Source of the DNA: an uncultured cyanobacterium
GTDB lineage: Bacteria > Cyanobacteriota > Cyanobacteriia > Cyanobacteriales > CAWUOF01
Assembly: GCA_963744145.1 (NCBI GenBank)
Contig: CAVUSO010000001.1
Location: 3,008,001 to 3,072,000, forward strand
Reading direction: 5' to 3'
Length of the DNA stretch: 64,000 nucleotides
A program made the position numbers and the translations under genes. The notes below the pieces were generated by a model that saw only the letters and a list, made by a program, of their open reading frames with translations, searched no databases and was not told where the DNA came from. Below are positions 60,210-64,000 of this stretch, piece after piece (the stretch's first letter is position 1; each line of letters begins with the position of its first letter).

Positions 60210-60941
60210 TCAATAAGCACCATTATTTTTGGGAAAAACAACTACTCCAATTGTTTTGATAATAATCAGCAAATCGATCCAGAAATTTCTGAAGTTAACA
60301 TAATAGAGATCCATCTGGATGCGACGGTCATAAGGTACATCATTGCGACCCGAAACCTGCCATAAACCCGTAATCCCAGGTCTAATGGTCAGAACTTTAT
60401 TAATATAGCGACCATATTTGGGTAATTCCTCCACAACTAAGGGTCTAGGGCCAACCACACTCATATCCCCTTTCAACACATTCCAAAATTGGGGAAACTC
60501 ATCGAGACTGGTAATTCGTAAAAATCGACCAATCCAGGTAATTCGTGGGTCTTGTTTCAGTTTGAAATTATCCTCAAATTCTTGTCGTAACTGAGGACAA
60601 TCCGCCATCATTTTCAGCAAAACTTCATCTGCATTAACTACCATCGTCCGGAATTTAATACAGCCAAAGGTCTGGCGATTTTTACCCACACGTTCCTGCA
60701 CATAAAAAATCGGCCCAGGTGAACTGAGGGCAATTAAAAGGGCCAATAACAGGTAAACTGGGGAAAATAAAATCAAAACTGATAGAGAAAACAGAACATC
60801 GAACAGCCGCTTGACAAAATCTGCGTTTAGACCTTGGAGCAGCAGACTTCTATTTGGGCTCCTAAGCACGAGGGGCTGAAAGCTACGCTTCACTAGAGCC
60901 CGCAACACCTTGCCGGAGAGGAGTTGGCTTTCGGCAGTCAT
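60210..60941 (-). CDS. Undecaprenyl-phosphate sugar phosphotransferase (bacterial sugar transferase, HepC-like)
   Basis: KRLFD, KFRTM, DPRIT, SLDEFPQ, GDMSVVGPRP and PGITGLWQV motifs. Confidence 0.92.
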   Translation of the reverse strand: MTAESQLLSGKVLRALVKRSFQPLVLRSPNRSLLLQGLNADFVKRLFDVLFSLSVLILFSPVYLLLALLIALSSPGPIFYVQERVGKNRQTFGCIKFRTMVVNADEVLLKMMADCPQLRQEFEDNFKLKQDPRITWIGRFLRITSLDEFPQFWNVLKGDMSVVGPRPLVVEELPKYGRYINKVLTIRPGITGLWQVSGRNDVPYDRRIQMDLYYVNFRNFWIDLLIIIKTIGVVVFPKNNGAY

Positions 60942-61051
60942 TTTATTCCTTCACTTCACACCACACACAGTCCCCATCATAAAGCTAGCGACGCCTACTC
61001 AGACGAATCTAGTCTTTAAGAAATAGACAATCTCTAAAAATCAAAGTCCAG

Positions 61052-62200
61052 TTAGCCCAAATTCCGCGATGGGAATTCTGCTAAACAGCGCTCTAGATAT
61101 TCCAGATAACGCTTGGCAAAGATTTTAGAGTCAAATAAAGCAGCTTGCGATCGCAAGATTTCTGGATTAAATCTGCCCAGATATCCTTCAAATATCTCTA
61201 CTGCTTCTATGACCATAGCTAAATTTTGCTCGGTAAACAATAAGCCAGTACCAGTATCAGGGTGTTGACGAATATCCCGCACAGTTTCTAGCGCTCCTCC
61301 TGCACCATAGGCAATTACCGGAGTCCCACAGGCTTGGGCTTCTACCAATGCCATGCCAAAATCTTCACAAGCCGCATAGACGAAAGCTTTCGCCTGGGCC
61401 ATGTATGTTTCGACGACAGCATCTGGCTGAAAGCCCAGAATTTTGACATTTGGTTTGGCCAATTGACGCAGTAATTTTAGCTCCGGTCCACAGCCAATCA
61501 CCACTAAAGATCGTCCTAGCTGATTAAAAGCCTTGACAATTAAAGATACCTGCTTATAACTTACCAGTCGGGAAACAGTCAAGTAAAAATCCTGTTTTTG
61601 TGGTTCTAGCACAAATCTTTCTATATTTACAGGTGGATAAATCACTTCTGCTTTCCGTCGATAACACCGCCAAATTCTTTTGGCAATGTGGTAAGAGTTG
61701 GCAATGAAATAATCTACTCGATCGGCTGATATGGCATCCCATTGACGGATTTGATGGAGCAGGTATCGAGTCAAGCAGCCTGGCAATCCTCTCCCGGCTA
61801 TACTACTGTGGAGATAATCAAAGGTCAAATCCCAGGCGTAGCGCATCGGTGTATGGCAGTAACATATATGGAGCTGTCCTGGTGAGGTTAACACTCCTTT
61901 CGCTACAGCATGGGAAGAAGAAAGAATTACGTCATATGCACGTAAATCTAGCTGTTCGATCGCAATTGGTAAGAAGGGCAAATATTTTTGGACACCTTGT
62001 TTAGCCCAGGGAAATCCTTGCAGAAATGTCTTACCAATCGAACGTCCAAACAAATAACTATCGGGATTGGTAGATTCAAAGTCAATCAGAGCATAGAGAT
62101 CAGCGTCTATATGCTTTAATATTTCCCGGACAACCAGTTCTGAACCACCAGTTGCTTTGGGTGTTAACCAATCATGGACAAGAGCATATTTTAATTGCAC
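61052..62200 (-). CDS. GT4 glycosyltransferase
   Basis: ALVHDWL..GGSE, YCHTPMRYAWD and EDFGMALVEAQACG motifs; GTG start. Confidence 0.92.
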   Translation of the reverse strand: MQLKYALVHDWLTPKATGGSELVVREILKHIDADLYALIDFESTNPDSYLFGRSIGKTFLQGFPWAKQGVQKYLPFLPIAIEQLDLRAYDVILSSSHAVAKGVLTSPGQLHICYCHTPMRYAWDLTFDYLHSSIAGRGLPGCLTRYLLHQIRQWDAISADRVDYFIANSYHIAKRIWRCYRRKAEVIYPPVNIERFVLEPQKQDFYLTVSRLVSYKQVSLIVKAFNQLGRSLVVIGCGPELKLLRQLAKPNVKILGFQPDAVVETYMAQAKAFVYAACEDFGMALVEAQACGTPVIAYGAGGALETVRDIRQHPDTGTGLLFTEQNLAMVIEAVEIFEGYLGRFNPEILRSQAALFDSKIFAKRYLEYLERCLAEFPSRNLG

Positions 62201-62660
62201 GAACCTGTTTGTTAACTGTAGGAGGTTGCTTAACTAGGTTTGAGTTTGGTCGAGCCAATTACTACTAAAAATAACAGAAATTGGACGGTGACAATAATCG
62301 GTCCCGAGGCAAAATTAAATTCCCCAGATACTAAGATCCCGATCATACTGCTTAGTCCACCCAAAAGTACAGATCTGGGCTATGGAAAGACTTCGGGTCA
62401 TTAGGAGCTTGGTGTGAGCTCTCAAACAACTAGATTTTCTTGAAAAAATATAAATTTTTCGGATTGAGTTCTAATGTTGTATACTTAAATGCCGATCAGG
62501 AAATTTGTGGAAAACAGCAACAAAAAGCTGATTTAGGGAATAAAATTGTTGTTTATATTGCTAAGTTTTTTCCTATAGATGATACTAAACTAACGAAAAT
62601 AACCAATAACAGTTATTTCACTTTTTGCATAACCCTTTTATTCATGATCAAACCTTAAAA

Positions 62661-64000
62661 ATGAAAGTTTTACTTGTATACCCGATTTTTCCAAATAGTT
62701 TTTGGTCTTTTCAAAAAACTATAGCTTTATTAAACTATAAAGCAATGTTACCACCATTAGGATTAGTAACTGTAGCGGCAATTTTACCCCAAGAGTGGGA
62801 ATTTCAACTAGTCGATCGCAATGTTCGTCCTGTCACCGAAGCGGAATGGGACTGGGCTGATTTGGTGATTTTTTCAGCAATGATTGTCCAGAAAGAAGAT
62901 TTACTAGATCAAATTCAGGAAGCTAAACGTCGGGGTAAGCGGGTTGCAGTTGGTGGTCCCTATCCTACTGCTTTACCTGATGAACCGTTATCAGTCGGTA
63001 CAGATTATTTAATTTTGGATGAAGGAGAAATTACCCTACCTTTATTTGTACAAGCAATTAATCGTGGCGATCGCACGGGTATATTTCGTTCGGAAGGAGA
63101 AAAACCGGATGTGACTACTACCCCAATCCCTCGATTTGACTTGCTCAAATTTGACGATTATGCGGAAATGTCCGTGCAATTTTCCCGTGGATGTCCTTTT
63201 CAATGCGAATTTTGCGACATCATTGTTCTCTATGGTCGCAAACCGCGCACCAAAACTCCTAGCCAAATTTTAGCTGAATTAGAATATCTCTATCAACTTG
63301 GTTGGCGACGTAGTATTTTTATGGTAGATGACAATTTCATCGGTAATAAACGTAACGTCAAGTTATTTTTAAAAGAACTCAAACCCTGGATGATTGAACA
63401 TAAATATCCATTTTCCTTTGCAACAGAAGCTTCGGTAGATTTAGCAGCAGATCAAGAATTAATGGATTTAATGGTTTCCTGTAATTTTGGAGCAGTCTTT
63501 TTAGGAATTGAAACACCAGACGAAGCAAGTTTAACCTTAACACAGAAATACCAGAATACCAGAGACTCTCTGGGAGAAGCAGTCCAAGCAATTGCCCGAA
63601 GTGGACTGCGAGTAATGGCAGGATTTATCATTGGTTTTGATGGAGAAAAGTCGGGAGCAGGGGCAAGAATTGTCAAATTTGTTGAGCAAAATTCTATTCC
63701 TACTGCATTGTTTAGTATGTTACAAGCACTACCCCACACAGCACTTTGGCACCGACTAGAGAAAGAAGGAAGATTACGCATTAAATCAGCTAATATCAAT
63801 CAAACCACCTTAATCAATTTCATTCCAACTCGACCAGTAGAAGAAATTGCCCGTGAATTTGTTGAAGCATTTTGGGAATTATACGATCCAGAAAAATTTC
63901 TAGATCGAGCTTACCGTCACTATCGAATTTTAGGAGAAGCAACTTATCCTAAAAAAGGCAAAACTATTAAGAAAAAATTGAATTGGGTAAATATCCGAGC
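62661..64000 (+). CDS. B12-binding radical SAM protein (DUF4070-type), runs off the window
   Basis: Manual translation MKVLLVYPIFPNSFWSF..PPLGLVTVAAILP..; RGCPFQCEFCDI (CxxxCxxC); VDDNFIGNK; GFIIGFD. Confidence 0.9.
   Translation, partial: MKVLLVYPIFPNSFWSFQKTIALLNYKAMLPPLGLVTVAAILPQEWEFQLVDRNVRPVTEAEWDWADLVIFSAMIVQKEDLLDQIQEAKRRGKRVAVGGPYPTALPDEPLSVGTDYLILDEGEITLPLFVQAINRGDRTGIFRSEGEKPDVTTTPIPRFDLLKFDDYAEMSVQFSRGCPFQCEFCDIIVLYGRKPRTKTPSQILAELEYLYQLGWRRSIFMVDDNFIGNKRNVKLFLKELKPWMIEHKYPFSFATEASVDLAADQELMDLMVSCNFGAVFLGIETPDEASLTLTQKYQNTRDSLGEAVQAIARSGLRVMAGFIIGFDGEKSGAGARIVKFVEQNSIPTALFSMLQALPHTALWHRLEKEGRLRIKSANINQTTLINFIPTRPVEEIAREFVEAFWELYDPEKFLDRAYRHYRILGEATYPKKGKTIKKKLNWVNIR

Larger units (their letters stand above)
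1..64000. repeat. HIP1 octamer GCGATCGC, dispersed throughout
   Basis: Dozens of copies, including overlapping tandems GCGATCGCGATCGC (about 25038 and 32045). None noticed inside the IS element. Confidence 0.95.

Noticed and set aside
62200..62660. ncRNA or riboswitch in the long divergent intergenic region
   Set aside because: No cobalamin-riboswitch or other RNA consensus recognised by eye; an Rfam/Infernal scan would be needed.
62661..64000. Hopanoid methylase HpnP assignment
   Set aside because: Motifs establish only a B12-binding radical SAM protein; no hopanoid genes are adjacent and the gene is truncated by the window.

Overview
AT-rich cyanobacterial chromosomal window, judged from dense HIP1 (GCGATCGC) octamers and the gene content. 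It is mostly housekeeping: ruvC, pdhA/pdhB, ftn2, rpmF, coaD-cdv3, guaA, cbiD, cinA, aroQ, secD/secF, pepF and uvrC. Accessory patches: (i) a ~9.6 kb envelope-glycosylation island with three tandem DUF2079 polytopic proteins, a fourth GT-C-like membrane protein, an acyltransferase-3 with a nonsense codon, an SGNH remnant and a convergent GT2-GtrA fusion; (ii) a tnpA-less IS200/IS605 element encoding TnpB, with recognisable end hairpins, inserted in a decayed Uma2 gene; (iii) a solitary dynamin-like GTPase flanked by REP/MITE composites; (iv) a two-GAF cyanobacteriochrome histidine kinase. Reading outside the ORF track found rpmF, a probable AtpTheta microprotein, three phased DnaA boxes, a 3' remnant of a phenylalanine/histidine ammonia-lyase gene, and a REP-like hairpin family carried inside MITE-like termini. 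Four genes are broken by single +1 insertions, which may be consensus sequencing errors. No CRISPR array, rRNA, tRNA or reverse transcriptase was seen. Family assignments come from motif recognition only; no searches were run.
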